The notes under the pieces are model-generated. The model was not told where the DNA came from and ran no database searches. It worked only from the letters and a program-made list of their open reading frames with translations. Position numbers and translations under genes: made by a program. DNA of 64,000 nucleotides from SAR92 clade bacterium (lineage in GTDB: Bacteria; Pseudomonadota; Gammaproteobacteria; Pseudomonadales; Porticoccaceae): the NCBI GenBank assembly GCA_042091915.1, contig JBELGO010000001.1, positions 28,824 to 92,823 of the forward strand, written 5' to 3'. Shown here in pieces: positions 1 to 12,953 of this stretch; the first letter of the stretch is position 1, and each line of letters begins with the position of its first letter.

Positions 1-722
1 TTGCTATTGGCTACGAGTGTCAGGCCAACTAAAACGATGGCCATAATAAACCACTGCACGGCATAACCGGTATGTTTCTGTGGATAGATGGCCACAACCG
101 GCCATCCTGTTTCCAGTGCTGCCGGGGAGTCTCGCTCGAGACGCAGTTGGTAGCTAAATAGCGGTGTTTCTATCCAACTAGCAACGCGTTCAACGTCCAA
201 CCAGCCCACTCGCTGCCTCTCTGCTAGCGGCAGTTGCACACCATCATCTAACTGCAAGCCACCGCTGAGACGCCGATAGAGCGAACCGTGTATACGCAGC
301 TTGCCAACCAGCGGCTCGAGTTCAGGCAGCTTGCGCCGATCCAGCGACGCCGCCACCCAGCCGCGGTTCACTAACAGCGCCGATTGGCTACCATCGGGCA
401 TGAACAGCTGTGCAATCTCATAGCCAGGGCGGCCGTTGCGCACTTTGTTATCAATCACAAAAAGTGGGCTAGCGACGAACTCGCCCTCTACAGAGATTCG
501 CCTATGCTGCAGGCCATCGCTATCAACCAGGTTATTTAAATCTACTCGCGGTGCTGCTTGGTTGGCGGCGTGCAAGGCAACTATCGAGCGTTTTTCATCC
601 GCCCGCTCCAGTTGCCAGCTACCCAGCCATAACAAAAAAGGAATAAAGATGAGGGAAAAGAGTAAACCGACCCGGTTGGGCTGCCAGCGCAATGCAGGTC
701 TCGCTTGGGTGCTGTCACTCAT
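1..722 (-). CDS. SURF1-family cytochrome oxidase assembly protein (3' end runs off window)
   Basis: Not in ORF track. Manual translation from ATG at 722: MSDSTQARPALRWQPNRVGLLFSLIFIPFLLWLGSWQLERADEKR..., later LVNRGWV and HTGYAVQWF, which are SURF1 motifs; lies next to the cox operon. Confidence 0.88.
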   Translation of the reverse strand, partial: MSDSTQARPALRWQPNRVGLLFSLIFIPFLLWLGSWQLERADEKRSIVALHAANQAAPRVDLNNLVDSDGLQHRRISVEGEFVASPLFVIDNKVRNGRPGYEIAQLFMPDGSQSALLVNRGWVAASLDRRKLPELEPLVGKLRIHGSLYRRLSGGLQLDDGVQLPLAERQRVGWLDVERVASWIETPLFSYQLRLERDSPAALETGWPVVAIYPQKHTGYAVQWFIMAIVLVGLTLVANS

Positions 723-774
723 GTGTGGTTAAATTCCCTGCCGGCTTTTCGGCTGACTATTGCGGAGTATTAGC

Positions 775-1014
775 GTGTTAAAAATTCTAATCATTATTTT
801 GTTTATCGGTGTGGTCGCCAGTTTATTCACTGGGCTTAACTTCCTCGTCAAAGACCTCGGCAACCGGCGCAAACGACTACTCTACGCGCTAGGTATACGT
901 GTAGCGCTGGTTTTCGCGCTGCTGGGCACCGTCGCTTATGGTTTTGCCACCGGCCAGCTAAAAAGCACGGCCCCTTGGGACAAAACACTGCACCCCAGTC
1001 ATGTTGAGCGCTAA
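775..1014 (+). CDS. Small twin-transmembrane protein (DUF2909-like) of cox clusters
   Basis: Two hydrophobic segments; typical position between cox3 and SURF1 on the opposite strand; GTG start at 775 after GGAG. Confidence 0.75.
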   Translation: MLKILIIILFIGVVASLFTGLNFLVKDLGNRRKRLLYALGIRVALVFALLGTVAYGFATGQLKSTAPWDKTLHPSHVER

Positions 1015-1059
1015 CAGCAGCGACCGATAATTTTACACCAGCGGCTACACCTTGCAGCC

Positions 1060-1093
1060 AAAAAAAAGCCGAGCAACCAGTGCTCGGCTTTTT
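1060..1093. terminator. Bidirectional intrinsic terminator
   Basis: A-run, GCCGAGCA-accag-TGCTCGGC, T-run, between convergent genes. Confidence 0.85.
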
Positions 1094-1105
1094 GATATTT
1101 TGCTT

Positions 1106-2050
1106 CTAACCGAGTACGTAGACAAATAAGAAGAGACCTACCCAAACTACGTCAACAAAGTGCCAGTACCACGCTGCTGCCTCGAAGCCAAATTGGTCAT
1201 CTTTATTGAAATGGCCTTTAAGCCCGCGCAACAAAGCGATAAACAACATGACTGTGCCCATAGTTACGTGAGCGCCGTGGAAACCAGTAAGCATATAAAA
1301 AGTGGTTCCGTAAATACCGCTCTCTAGAGTCAAACCCAGCTCAGTGTAGGCGTGAATATACTCTTCTACCTGCAAGAACAAAAAGAATACACCCAACAAA
1401 ACTGTCACTGCCAACCAGCGAATGAAGCCCTGACGATTGTCATTTTTCAGTGCTGTGTGAGCGTGGTGAACCGTAAAGCTGGAGGTAATCAGCACGATTG
1501 TGTTCCACAAAGGCAACCAAGTCAGCAGATTGGCAAAACCAGGCCAGCTCATGTTCTGGTCGGGGCCTTTAAATTGAGCTGCATCGCCATTGGCCGCTTG
1601 ATCAGGGGTAATCATAACCGGCCACTCATCTTTAAAGCCGGGGTAGAGCAACTCATTATTAGCGACGGCAGGCCCCGTAGGAGTATCGTCGAAAATACCA
1701 ATAGCGGCTTCTCCGCCCAACCAAGAGAGAGCGAATACACGTATGTAGAACAGTGCGCCAAAGAAAGCAGCAAAGAACATCACCTCGGAAAAGATAAACC
1801 AGAGCATTGAAATCACGTAGGAGTGTTTTAGCTGCGGGCTCACTAAGCCTTGCATATTCTCTTTTATAACAATGCTCCACCAGGTGTAGAGCACTGCTAC
1901 CATCATCGCCAGACCGACAAAGAAAATTGCTGGGCCACCGAGACCACCGGCCCAACGGGCGGCGCCAATCGACAGTACGCCCATCGCCGTTGCGGTGAAC
2001 AGTGGCAGCTTGCTCTGCTCGGGCACGTAATAAGTTGATTCTGCTGACAT
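1106..2050 (-). CDS. coxC: Cytochrome c oxidase subunit III
   Basis: FIFSEVMFF, TGFHGAHV and WYWHFVDVVW motifs. Confidence 0.96.
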   Translation of the reverse strand: MSAESTYYVPEQSKLPLFTATAMGVLSIGAARWAGGLGGPAIFFVGLAMMVAVLYTWWSIVIKENMQGLVSPQLKHSYVISMLWFIFSEVMFFAAFFGALFYIRVFALSWLGGEAAIGIFDDTPTGPAVANNELLYPGFKDEWPVMITPDQAANGDAAQFKGPDQNMSWPGFANLLTWLPLWNTIVLITSSFTVHHAHTALKNDNRQGFIRWLAVTVLLGVFFLFLQVEEYIHAYTELGLTLESGIYGTTFYMLTGFHGAHVTMGTVMLFIALLRGLKGHFNKDDQFGFEAAAWYWHFVDVVWVGLFLFVYVLG

Positions 2051-2088
2051 GTTTTTTTCTCCGTAGGGGATGGCTTGCTAGACTGCCA

Positions 2089-2643
2089 TCACTGCAATTG
2101 CGCAACCGTGTCAGCGGCTGCTGGCGTAATGTCGAACAACGTATAAGACATTACTAAACTTTTTATGCTTCTCGGCAACTCGGGGTCGACGATAAATACC
2201 AAGGACATTTCAACCTCTTCACCCGCGGCAAGAGGCTGATTGTTAAAACAGAAACACTCTGTTTTATGAAAATAGTCTCCTGCCGAAAAGGGCACTAAGC
2301 CGGGGATAGCCTGACCAATCATATCTTGATCAGTGAGATTTTTAGCGTAAAACTTAACCTCGTAACGCTCTCCCGGGTGAACTACCACCTTGCTATCTAT
2401 TGGTTCAAAACGCCACGGCATCTGCTCGTTGTTGGTGGCCGCAAAGGTCACCGACACTTCGCGCGAATAATCCACCGCAGCCGGGGCTGCCTCATAGCGC
2501 TCAGCTGGCCGGATGCCGATACCGGTAATCTCACAAAACAGATCGTACAGCGGCGGCATCACAAACAGAGCAAAACCAAACATGCCTACAGCCCAAAGAG
2601 ACAGTTTAGTAACCACCTTTTTGTGTGACTTTGACGCAGACAT
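2089..2643 (-). CDS. ctaG: Cytochrome c oxidase assembly protein CtaG/Cox11
   Basis: PLYDLFCEITG and KTECFCF copper-binding motif. Confidence 0.95.
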   Translation of the reverse strand: MSASKSHKKVVTKLSLWAVGMFGFALFVMPPLYDLFCEITGIGIRPAERYEAAPAAVDYSREVSVTFAATNNEQMPWRFEPIDSKVVVHPGERYEVKFYAKNLTDQDMIGQAIPGLVPFSAGDYFHKTECFCFNNQPLAAGEEVEMSLVFIVDPELPRSIKSLVMSYTLFDITPAAADTVAQLQ

Positions 2644-2680
2644 GTTTGCCTCCTAACGCTATTTGGCTATCAATAGACCC

Positions 2681-4234
2681 TTATTTTATTTGGGGTGGTG
2701 TGGCAAAGGTGTGGTATGGCGCCGGCGTTGGCACTTCCCACTCGAGCCCTTCAGCCCCTTCCCAAACCTTGTTGTCGCTCACTGGCTTGCCGTTGCGGAT
2801 AGTCGCAATCACGTTGTAAAGGAACAACAACTGCGCTGCACCGTACATGAAGGCACCAATACTTGAGACCATGTTCCAGTCTGCAAACTGCAGGCCGTAG
2901 TCGGCGTAGCGACGCGGCATACCGGCCAAGCCTAAGAAGTGCTGCGGCATAAAGGTGATGTTAAAGCCGACAAAGGCGATCCAGAACTGAACCTGGCCCA
3001 TAGTCTCGTTGTACATCTTTCCGCACCATTTGGGCAGCCAGTAGTAGACAGCGGCCGTACCCGAGAACACCGCACCCGCCACCATTACGTAGTGGAAGTG
3101 AGCGACAACAAAGTAGCTGTCGTGGTACTGGATATCAGCTGCTGCTACTGAAAGCATCAAGCCGGTGAAGCCACCAAAGGTAAACAGAATGACGAAAGCT
3201 ATCGAGAACAACATCGGCGTCTCAAACGTCAGCGCACCTTTATACATGGTGGTGACCCAGTTGAAGACTTTAACGCCAGTTGGAACAGCAATCAGCATAG
3301 TCGCGTACATAAAGTACAGCTCGCCAGCAATCGGCATACCCACAGTAAACATGTGGTGTGCCCATACAATGAACGACAAGAACGCGATCGCTGCTGTGGC
3401 GTAGACCATCGAGGCGTACCCGAACAGTGGCTTGCGGCTGAACGCGGGGATAATTGCCGAGACTACACCAAATGCAGGCAAGATAATGATGTAAACCTCA
3501 GGGTGACCAAAGAACCAGAAGATGTGCTGGAACAGAACGGGATCACCGCCGCCAGCCGCATCGAAGAACGAGGTACCAAAGTTAATATCCATCAACATCA
3601 TGGTGACTGCGCCAGCCAGTACCGGCATAACGGCTACCAGCAAGAAGGCGGTGATCAACCACGTCCAGACAAACAACGGCATCTTCATGTAAGTCATGCC
3701 AGGTGCGCGCATATTCATGATGGTGGCGATAATGTTGATTGAGCCCATGATCGACGAGGCACCCATAATGTGCATCGAGAAAATGAAGTAGTTGACTGAC
3801 TCGGGCGCGTATTTAGTAGAGAGCGGCGCATAGAAAGTCCAACCGAAATTGGGCGCTCCACCTTCCATAAACAGCGTTGAGGCAAGTGTCAGAAATGCAA
3901 ACGGAAGAATCCAAAAACTGAGATTATTCATGCGCGGCAGAGCCATGTCTGGCGCACCAATCATCAGTGGAATCATCCAGTTAGCCAGGCCGACAAAGGC
4001 TGGCATAATTGCCCCGAACACCATAATAACCCCGTGCATGGTAGTCATCTGGTTGAAGAACTCGGGACGAATTAACTGCATACCGGGCTGGAACAGCTCG
4101 GCGCGAATAACCATAGCAAAAAAGCCGCCCAACAAGAACATGGCGAAGCTGAACCAGAGGTAGAGCGTACCGATGTCTTTGTGGTTGGTGGTAAATAACC
4201 AGCGACCTATGCCTTTAGCGGGACCGTGTGCCAT
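2681..4234 (-). CDS. coxA: Cytochrome c oxidase subunit I (A1-type)
   Basis: TNHKDIG, WFFGHPEVY, WAHHMF and AHFHY motifs. Confidence 0.98.
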   Translation of the reverse strand: MAHGPAKGIGRWLFTTNHKDIGTLYLWFSFAMFLLGGFFAMVIRAELFQPGMQLIRPEFFNQMTTMHGVIMVFGAIMPAFVGLANWMIPLMIGAPDMALPRMNNLSFWILPFAFLTLASTLFMEGGAPNFGWTFYAPLSTKYAPESVNYFIFSMHIMGASSIMGSINIIATIMNMRAPGMTYMKMPLFVWTWLITAFLLVAVMPVLAGAVTMMLMDINFGTSFFDAAGGGDPVLFQHIFWFFGHPEVYIIILPAFGVVSAIIPAFSRKPLFGYASMVYATAAIAFLSFIVWAHHMFTVGMPIAGELYFMYATMLIAVPTGVKVFNWVTTMYKGALTFETPMLFSIAFVILFTFGGFTGLMLSVAAADIQYHDSYFVVAHFHYVMVAGAVFSGTAAVYYWLPKWCGKMYNETMGQVQFWIAFVGFNITFMPQHFLGLAGMPRRYADYGLQFADWNMVSSIGAFMYGAAQLLFLYNVIATIRNGKPVSDNKVWEGAEGLEWEVPTPAPYHTFATPPQIK

Positions 4235-4247
4235 TGCTTAATCTCCC

Positions 4248-5390
4248 TTATTGGCCGTTCTTATGGTTCAGCACGTCAATCGGCTGAGCCATGTCACCTA
4301 AATCGTTACCCCAAGCGTTGCGCTCGTAAGTAACCACTGCGGCGATGTCTACTTCTGACAGCTGTGCGGCAAATGCCTGCATGGCTGTCCCAGTCACACC
4401 ATTAACGATGGTGTCGATATGCTTTTCGATGGGGCCCATTGTCACTGCAGTGCCTACCATTGAGGGGAACACACCAGGGATACCGAGACCATCGATTCCG
4501 TGACAGCCTGCACAGTTAGTGGTGTAAACCTTTTCACCGCGCTCCATCAACTCGTCCATGCTCCACTCTTTACCAATGGTGCTGGCGTACTCGGCTGCCG
4601 CAGCTTTCTGCTCGGCCAACCAAGCATTGAATTCTTCTTTAGGCTTAACTTCGACGACAATCGGCATGAAAGCGTGGTCTTTACCACACAACTCTGCACA
4701 TTCGCCGACGTAGACGCCTACTTCGCTGGTTTTAGCCCACGCTTCGGTGAAGATACCGGGAAGTGCATCTTTCTTAACGCCGAGATCGGGCACCCACCAT
4801 GAGTGGATAACGTCGTTACCGGTCAGCAGGAAGCGGACTTTAGTATCTGCGGGGATCACCAAGGGATTATCAACTTCGCGCAGGTAGTGCTCACCTTTCT
4901 CTTCGCGGCCATAAATCTCATCTTGCGAAGTGCGCAGGCTGCTCATGAAGCGAACATCTTCACCCAGATACTCGTACTGCCATTTCCACTGGTAGCCTGT
5001 GATTTTAATGTCCATCTCAGCGTCACTGGCATCGTAGACTTTTAGCAGGGCGTTGGTGGCCGGGAAGGCGATGACGATAAGGATCAGTGCAGGGACGATC
5101 GTCCAGGCTAGCTCAACACCGATATGCTCGTGGAAATTAGCCGCTTTGACTCCGCGAGATTTGCGATGAGCAAACATCACGTAAACCATAAAGCCGAATA
5201 CCGCAGCACCAATGACTACGCAGACCCACATCATTAGCATGTGGATATCGTAAGCTGCTTGACTGACCTCAGTAATACCCTGAGTCATATTGAGTTGCCG
5301 CGTGGACACTTCGTCTGCTTGGCTGGCAGTAGATACGCCAGTCAGAGCGGTTAGTGTACCCGCGAAAAGCGCTTTCGCTCTCTTCAACAT
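4248..5390 (-). CDS. coxB: Cytochrome c oxidase subunit II with C-terminal cytochrome c domain
   Basis: DVIHSW and CAELCGKDHAFM CuA site; CAGCH heme-c motif. Confidence 0.97.
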   Translation of the reverse strand: MLKRAKALFAGTLTALTGVSTASQADEVSTRQLNMTQGITEVSQAAYDIHMLMMWVCVVIGAAVFGFMVYVMFAHRKSRGVKAANFHEHIGVELAWTIVPALILIVIAFPATNALLKVYDASDAEMDIKITGYQWKWQYEYLGEDVRFMSSLRTSQDEIYGREEKGEHYLREVDNPLVIPADTKVRFLLTGNDVIHSWWVPDLGVKKDALPGIFTEAWAKTSEVGVYVGECAELCGKDHAFMPIVVEVKPKEEFNAWLAEQKAAAAEYASTIGKEWSMDELMERGEKVYTTNCAGCHGIDGLGIPGVFPSMVGTAVTMGPIEKHIDTIVNGVTGTAMQAFAAQLSEVDIAAVVTYERNAWGNDLGDMAQPIDVLNHKNGQ

Positions 5391-5545
5391 CGCCCGTGTA
5401 CTCCATTGTTGTTAACGGTTTTAGCGCTTTTGGGCCTTAAAAAACCCTGATTTAAAAGGGATTTAAATGACTCTCCAGCGAGAAGCGGCGGGAGTATAGC
5501 AAAGCTTTTCGCCCACCACTACACAGAAAAACTAAGGTTTTTATA

Positions 5546-5791
5546 TTACTTGGCAGTGGGGTCAATAAGCCGCACCGGAGAAGTTTCCGCAGCGATCTGT
5601 TCCGCAGTGGTGTTTACACGGGTTTCCAACTCGCGCGGCTCCGCTTGCAGACGGATTTCATCGACAAAGCCACAAGCGACACATTCGCGGTAACTCTTTT
5701 CACCGTCGCTGTAGGCTACAACCTTATCTAGCAAGGCACATTTGGGACAACTGACACCTGCAATAAAGCGCTTTTTAGTTGAAAAAGACAT
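5546..5791 (-). CDS. YheV-family putative zinc-ribbon protein
   Basis: KRFIAGVSCPKC...RECVACGF signature. Confidence 0.85.
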   Translation of the reverse strand: MSFSTKKRFIAGVSCPKCALLDKVVAYSDGEKSYRECVACGFVDEIRLQAEPRELETRVNTTAEQIAAETSPVRLIDPTAK

Positions 5792-5868
5792 GGCTTGCTC
5801 CGCACAATGGGGGTGAATAATTTAGCCGCTGGCTATCGGCCCACGCCATTATAAAGAGGTTTTGATTG

Positions 5869-6413
5869 ATGAGTACAAACATACGTTCGTTTGGCAGCCA
5901 CACTCCGCAGCTCGGAGACCGTGTTTATGTTGACCCGGCAGCCACAGTTATTGGCCAAGTGAGCCTTGGCAGTGATGCTTCTGTCTGGCCTGGTGCGGTT
6001 ATTCGCGGCGACATGCACACTATCACCATCGGCTCGCGCTCTAATGTGCAAGATAACGCCGTACTGCATATTACCCACGCCAGCGATTTCAACCCAGGCG
6101 GCTGGCCTTTGACTATCGGCGACGATGTCATTATTGGCCACCGCGCTATCTTGCACGGCTGTACGCTGGGCAACCGTATTTTGGTGGGCAACGGCGCAAT
6201 TATTAATGATGGGGCTATTGTTGAGGACGAAGTGATCGTCGGCGCCGGCTGCATGGTACCGCCTGGCAAGCGGCTAGAAAGTGGTTTTGTCTACGTGGGC
6301 AATCCGTGCCGTCAAGCGCGCCCAGTCAGTGACAACGAGCGCGGCTTTTTTAAATATTCGCCAGCCAATTACGTCAAACTTAAAGACCAGTATTTGGCCG
6401 AGGCTGCACAGCC

Positions 6414-6417
<4 letters not shown>
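5869..6417 (+). CDS. Gamma-carbonic-anhydrase-family hexapeptide-repeat protein (YrdA-like)
   Basis: IRGD, NVQDNAVLH, GHRAILHGC motifs. Confidence 0.92.
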
Positions 6418-8708
<2,291 letters not shown>

Positions 8709-8902
8709 GTAAGGGTTGCCTAGATAGGCGCGGGACCAATGACTGTCACAATCAACTCGGGCAGTTGCGATCAAATCACTGCACTCCAATTTATAATTAA
8801 ACAACGTGCAGGCTAACGCGGGCAGGATGGTGTGGCAACTGAACAGAGGGTGGTTTGACCTATTTATTAATTTTTTTTGATCCAATCGAATATTTTTAAC
8901 CG

Positions 8903-10024
8903 CTAACAGCGCTGCCAACCCCCCACCTGTCGGCTAACCCCCCCTGTCAGCTCTAATTCTGCGAGCAAGCGCGCCACCTCGGCCACAGGCCAACCACACC
9001 GCTCTGCAATAATATCTAAGCTGACCAGATCGTATCCGAGTGTGGCTAATAATTTCTCTTGAGCAGGTGTATGAGACTGCTCAACGCTTGGCTCAACCCG
9101 AAAATTAGCACCCAGTAACGACACAATCTCTGCCGCGCTCTCAACTAACCTAGCGCCATCGCGCAACAACTGGTGGCAGCCGCGGGTGAGTGGGTTATTG
9201 ACAGATCCTGGCAGCGCTAATACTTCTCGGTTTTGCTCCAAGGCAGTGCGCGCAGTAATCAGCGTGCCGCTTTTTAACGCCGCCTCCACGACCCAAACTG
9301 CCAAGCTGAGGCCGCTGATAATTCGGTTGCGGCGCGGGAAGTTTGCCGCCAACGGTTTTTCTCCAGGAGCAAACTCTGTCACTAGCGCGCCACCCGCAGC
9401 GACAATTTGCTCGGCCAAGTTGCGGTGGCGCGGCGGATAGAGCTGGTCAATACCCGTCGCCATCACAGCCAGTGTGGGTTGCTGCGCTGCTAGCGCACCG
9501 CGATGAGCGGCACCATCGACACCTACCGCCAAGCCGCTAGTTATGGTTACCCCAGCAGCGGCCATTGATCTGCTCCACTGCTCTACTAACTGCAGAGTGG
9601 GTGGCTGACTTTTGCGGCTGCCCACTACCGCCAGTTGGGGTTGTCTCAGCAACCAGCGCGCACCGCGCACATAGAGCAGTGGGGGTGGATCTGTAATTTC
9701 TGCCAACAGCGGTGGATAATCATCGCAGAACAGCGTCACCAAACTTATATCCTGCTCCCAAGCGAGCTCCGCAATGTGTGCAGCCTGATCGAGCAAGGTG
9801 CGCCACTGTGAACTATTTAGCGCCCTGCTTTGCGGTTGTAAGCTAAGTGCGGCGAGATAATCTGGAAGTGCCCCCGAGGGCGGGCCCAGCAGGGCTATTT
9901 TATCGATGAGCTGATGCGTGACGCCGAGCTGGCGACGCGCTAAGAGAGACAGCGCTATAGCGCACAAATAACGCTGTACTAGCACGCCCTCAAAACCACC
10001 CTTGAACCTTTTATTCTCAACCAT
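8903..10024 (-). CDS. dprA: DNA-processing protein DprA/Smf
   Basis: DPPPLLY, SGLAVGVDGAAH, FPRRNRIISGLS, C-terminal winged helix LAELEL. Confidence 0.95.
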   Translation of the reverse strand: MVENKRFKGGFEGVLVQRYLCAIALSLLARRQLGVTHQLIDKIALLGPPSGALPDYLAALSLQPQSRALNSSQWRTLLDQAAHIAELAWEQDISLVTLFCDDYPPLLAEITDPPPLLYVRGARWLLRQPQLAVVGSRKSQPPTLQLVEQWSRSMAAAGVTITSGLAVGVDGAAHRGALAAQQPTLAVMATGIDQLYPPRHRNLAEQIVAAGGALVTEFAPGEKPLAANFPRRNRIISGLSLAVWVVEAALKSGTLITARTALEQNREVLALPGSVNNPLTRGCHQLLRDGARLVESAAEIVSLLGANFRVEPSVEQSHTPAQEKLLATLGYDLVSLDIIAERCGWPVAEVARLLAELELTGGVSRQVGGWQRC

Positions 10025-10180
10025 CCTCTCACTCCACCGTTAACAGCGACATCTTTATATTTATATAGTCTGTAAATCGCTACATCGCTGTGTGGAGCAA
10101 GGCGCTTTGGGTGTATAATTTTTGACCGAGCTGCCTTGCGCAACTCTTTTTTATTACAAACTTAAGATGCTGAGTGAGTT

Positions 10181-10681
10181 ATGGCCCTACTTCCTATTTT
10201 AGAATTCCCCGATCCGCGCTTGCGCACCGTGGCTGAACCGGTGCCGGAAGTCACCGAACAGACTCGGCAACTGGTCGACGACATGTTCGAGACCATGCGC
10301 GCCGCTAGCGGTATTGGCTTAGCCGCAACACAAGTAGATGTGCATCAGCGTGTTGTTGTGATGGATTTGGGTGACGAAACCCCGCAGCCAAGGGTATTTA
10401 TCAACCCCGAAATAGAGGTCATTGCAGATCAGACCCAACCCTACGATGAGGGATGCTTGTCGGTACCGGGCATTTTTGCCCCTGTTGAACGCCCCAACAA
10501 AGTGATTATTCGCGCACTAGATCGCGAGGGCAGCCCTTTTGAAGAGCAAGCCGAAGGGTTGCTGGCGGTCTGTATTCAACACGAAATAGACCATTTAGAT
10601 GGCAAACTTTTCGTCGACTACCTCTCTCCATTAAAACGCCAGAGAATCCGTAAAAAACTCGAAAAACAGCAGCGTTTTTAA
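10181..10681 (+). CDS. def: Peptide deformylase
   Basis: [20 protein letters not shown] motifs. Confidence 0.98.
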   Translation: MALLPILEFPDPRLRTVAEPVPEVTEQTRQLVDDMFETMRAASGIGLAATQVDVHQRVVVMDLGDETPQPRVFINPEIEVIADQTQPYDEGCLSVPGIFAPVERPNKVIIRALDREGSPFEEQAEGLLAVCIQHEIDHLDGKLFVDYLSPLKRQRIRKKLEKQQRF

Positions 10682-10683
10682 CC

Positions 10684-11646
10684 GTGCGTATTGTTTTTGC
10701 CGGCACCCCCGAATTTGCCGCTCATCATTTGCAAGCGCTTCTCGATGACGGACGCCACAGCGTGGTTGCAGTTTATACCCAGCCCGATCGCCCGGCGGGG
10801 CGCGGTAAAAAGCCGGCGCCAAGCGCCGTTAAACAACTGGCATTGGCGCACGACTTAGCGCTCTATCAACCTGAATCCCTCAAGGCTGAACCGGAGCAAC
10901 TGGCACTGGCTGAGCTGAACGCGGATTTAATGGTAGTGGTGGCCTATGGCCTGCTGTTACCGCAGGCGGTCCTCGATATCCCCCGCTTTGGCTGTATCAA
11001 TGTGCATGCTTCACTGCTGCCCGCCTGGCGCGGGGCGGCGCCCATACAGCGCGCAATAGAAGCCGGCGACAGTGAAACCGGTGTCACCGTCATGCAGATG
11101 GAAGCGGGGCTAGACACGGGCCCTGCTCTACTCAAAGTAGCTACCGCCATTGATCCCCACGAGAGCGCAGGCGAATTATTTGCGCGACTGCAAATGCTCG
11201 GTGGCAATGCACTGCTGGAGGCCATTGAGCAGATAGATGCCGGCACTATAAAACCCGAGAAACAGGATGATTCGCGCGCCAGTTATGCGAAAAAATTGAC
11301 CAAAGCAGAGGCACAGATCGATTGGCAGCGGCCCGCTCAGGAGATCTTGCGAAAGATCCACGCCTTCAACCCCAATCCAGGCGCTTATACCACCCGTGCC
11401 GGCGATAGGATTAAACTCTGGGGTGCTGCGCTAACAGCGCGGCCCAACCCAGCTGATACGCAACCCGGCACTATTGTGGCAGCACCCAGCGGTGAACTCT
11501 GGGTTGCCTGTGGCGATCAATCGCTGGCGATTACCCGCGCTCAGCTAGCGGGCAAAAAAAGCCAGTCTGCCGAAGAACTACTGCGTGGCCATGCAGCACT
11601 GTTGGCGCCGGGAACAGTGCTTGGCACTGCTGGAGAGCGGCAGTGA
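10684..11646 (+). CDS. fmt: Methionyl-tRNA formyltransferase
   Basis: FAGTPEFA, NVHASLLP; follows def. Confidence 0.98.
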   Translation: MRIVFAGTPEFAAHHLQALLDDGRHSVVAVYTQPDRPAGRGKKPAPSAVKQLALAHDLALYQPESLKAEPEQLALAELNADLMVVVAYGLLLPQAVLDIPRFGCINVHASLLPAWRGAAPIQRAIEAGDSETGVTVMQMEAGLDTGPALLKVATAIDPHESAGELFARLQMLGGNALLEAIEQIDAGTIKPEKQDDSRASYAKKLTKAEAQIDWQRPAQEILRKIHAFNPNPGAYTTRAGDRIKLWGAALTARPNPADTQPGTIVAAPSGELWVACGDQSLAITRAQLAGKKSQSAEELLRGHAALLAPGTVLGTAGERQ

Positions 11647-12941
11647 ACAGCCGCAGCCAAGCTGCGAAAGCCATCGCCGGCGTACTCGCCGGCCGTTCGC
11701 TCTCGGCCACCCTGCCACCGGTACTGGCTAAATTGGGAGACCGCGATCGCGGATTTTGCCAAGCGCTCTGCTATGGCACCTTGCGCTACTATCCGGCAAT
11801 TGGCCTCATCATCGAACAGCTTATCGCTCGCCCGATAAAAGCCAAAGAGCTAGAAGTACAAGCGCTGATTGCTGCCGCCATTTACCAGCTGTGGCAGCTG
11901 GACACTGCCCCACACGCTGCAATTAATGAGAGCGTAGAAGCTTGTCGCTCACTGAAAAAGCCCTGGGCGGTCAAGTTAGTCAACGCTGTTCTGCGCAACT
12001 TCACCCGCCGCCGCGAAGAGATTTTAGCGAGTGTTGCTGACCAGCCTGAATTTGAGACTGCACATCCGGCCTGGCTGGCGGGCAAAATCCGTAAAAGTTG
12101 GCCAGACCAGTGGCCAGAGATTATCGCCGCCAACAATCTACAAGCGCCGCTGACACTGCGTATTAATCGGCGTGTGCAGAGCCGTGACAACTACTTAAAA
12201 GTATTGGCAGACGCCGGCGTAGACGGCGTCGCTTGCAGCCACAGCGATGACGGCATTACCTTAGCACACGCCTGTGACATTACCGAGTTGCCCGGCTTTA
12301 AGCGCGGATGGCTGAGTGTACAAGACGAAGCCGCGCAACTCTCGGCTCAGTTGCTGGAACTGGCTCCGGGCCAACGAGTGCTCGACAGCTGCAGCGCACC
12401 AGGCGGGAAAACCTGTCATATTCTCGAGCGCGAACCCGCTCTGGCCGCCTTACACGCACTGGACAGCGACGCCAGCCGTTTAGAGCGCGTAGAGCAAAAT
12501 CTTACTAGGCTGGGCCTTGAAGCCACTACCGCAGTGGCCGATGCCAGTGCCACTGGCAGCTGGTGGGACGGCCAACAATTTGACCGCATCCTGCTCGATG
12601 CCCCGTGCTCCGCGAGCGGCGTTATTCGCCGCCATCCCGATATCAAACTGCTGCGCAGACCGGCCGACATTGATAAGCTGGCACTCTTGCAACAAAAGAT
12701 GCTGCTGGTACTGTGGCCCACTCTCGCCGAGGGTGGTTTGCTGTTATATGCTACCTGCTCGGTATTGCGCGATGAGAACGATCGCCAACTCGCCGCGTTT
12801 TTGGCAGCACAAACTAATGCCAGCTGTGAACCCATAGAAGCCACATGGGGTATTGCCACTGAGTTTGGGCGTCAACTATTGCCACAAGCCAACGGGCACG
12901 ATGGTTTTTACTATGCCAAGCTGCGCAAGTTGCCCAGCTAA
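11643..12941 (+). CDS. rsmB: 16S rRNA m5C967 methyltransferase
   Basis: VQDEAAQ, APGGKT, DAPCS, YATCS. Confidence 0.97.
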   Translation: MNSRSQAAKAIAGVLAGRSLSATLPPVLAKLGDRDRGFCQALCYGTLRYYPAIGLIIEQLIARPIKAKELEVQALIAAAIYQLWQLDTAPHAAINESVEACRSLKKPWAVKLVNAVLRNFTRRREEILASVADQPEFETAHPAWLAGKIRKSWPDQWPEIIAANNLQAPLTLRINRRVQSRDNYLKVLADAGVDGVACSHSDDGITLAHACDITELPGFKRGWLSVQDEAAQLSAQLLELAPGQRVLDSCSAPGGKTCHILEREPALAALHALDSDASRLERVEQNLTRLGLEATTAVADASATGSWWDGQQFDRILLDAPCSASGVIRRHPDIKLLRRPADIDKLALLQQKMLLVLWPTLAEGGLLLYATCSVLRDENDRQLAAFLAAQTNASCEPIEATWGIATEFGRQLLPQANGHDGFYYAKLRKLPS

Positions 12942-12953
12942 AGAGAGTCATAT

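Noticed and set aside
10060-10090. Possible LexA or CRP-S site upstream of dprA (CTGTAAATCGCTACAT)
   Set aside because: Fails the invariant CTG-N10-CAG and does not fit TGCGA-N6-TCGCA
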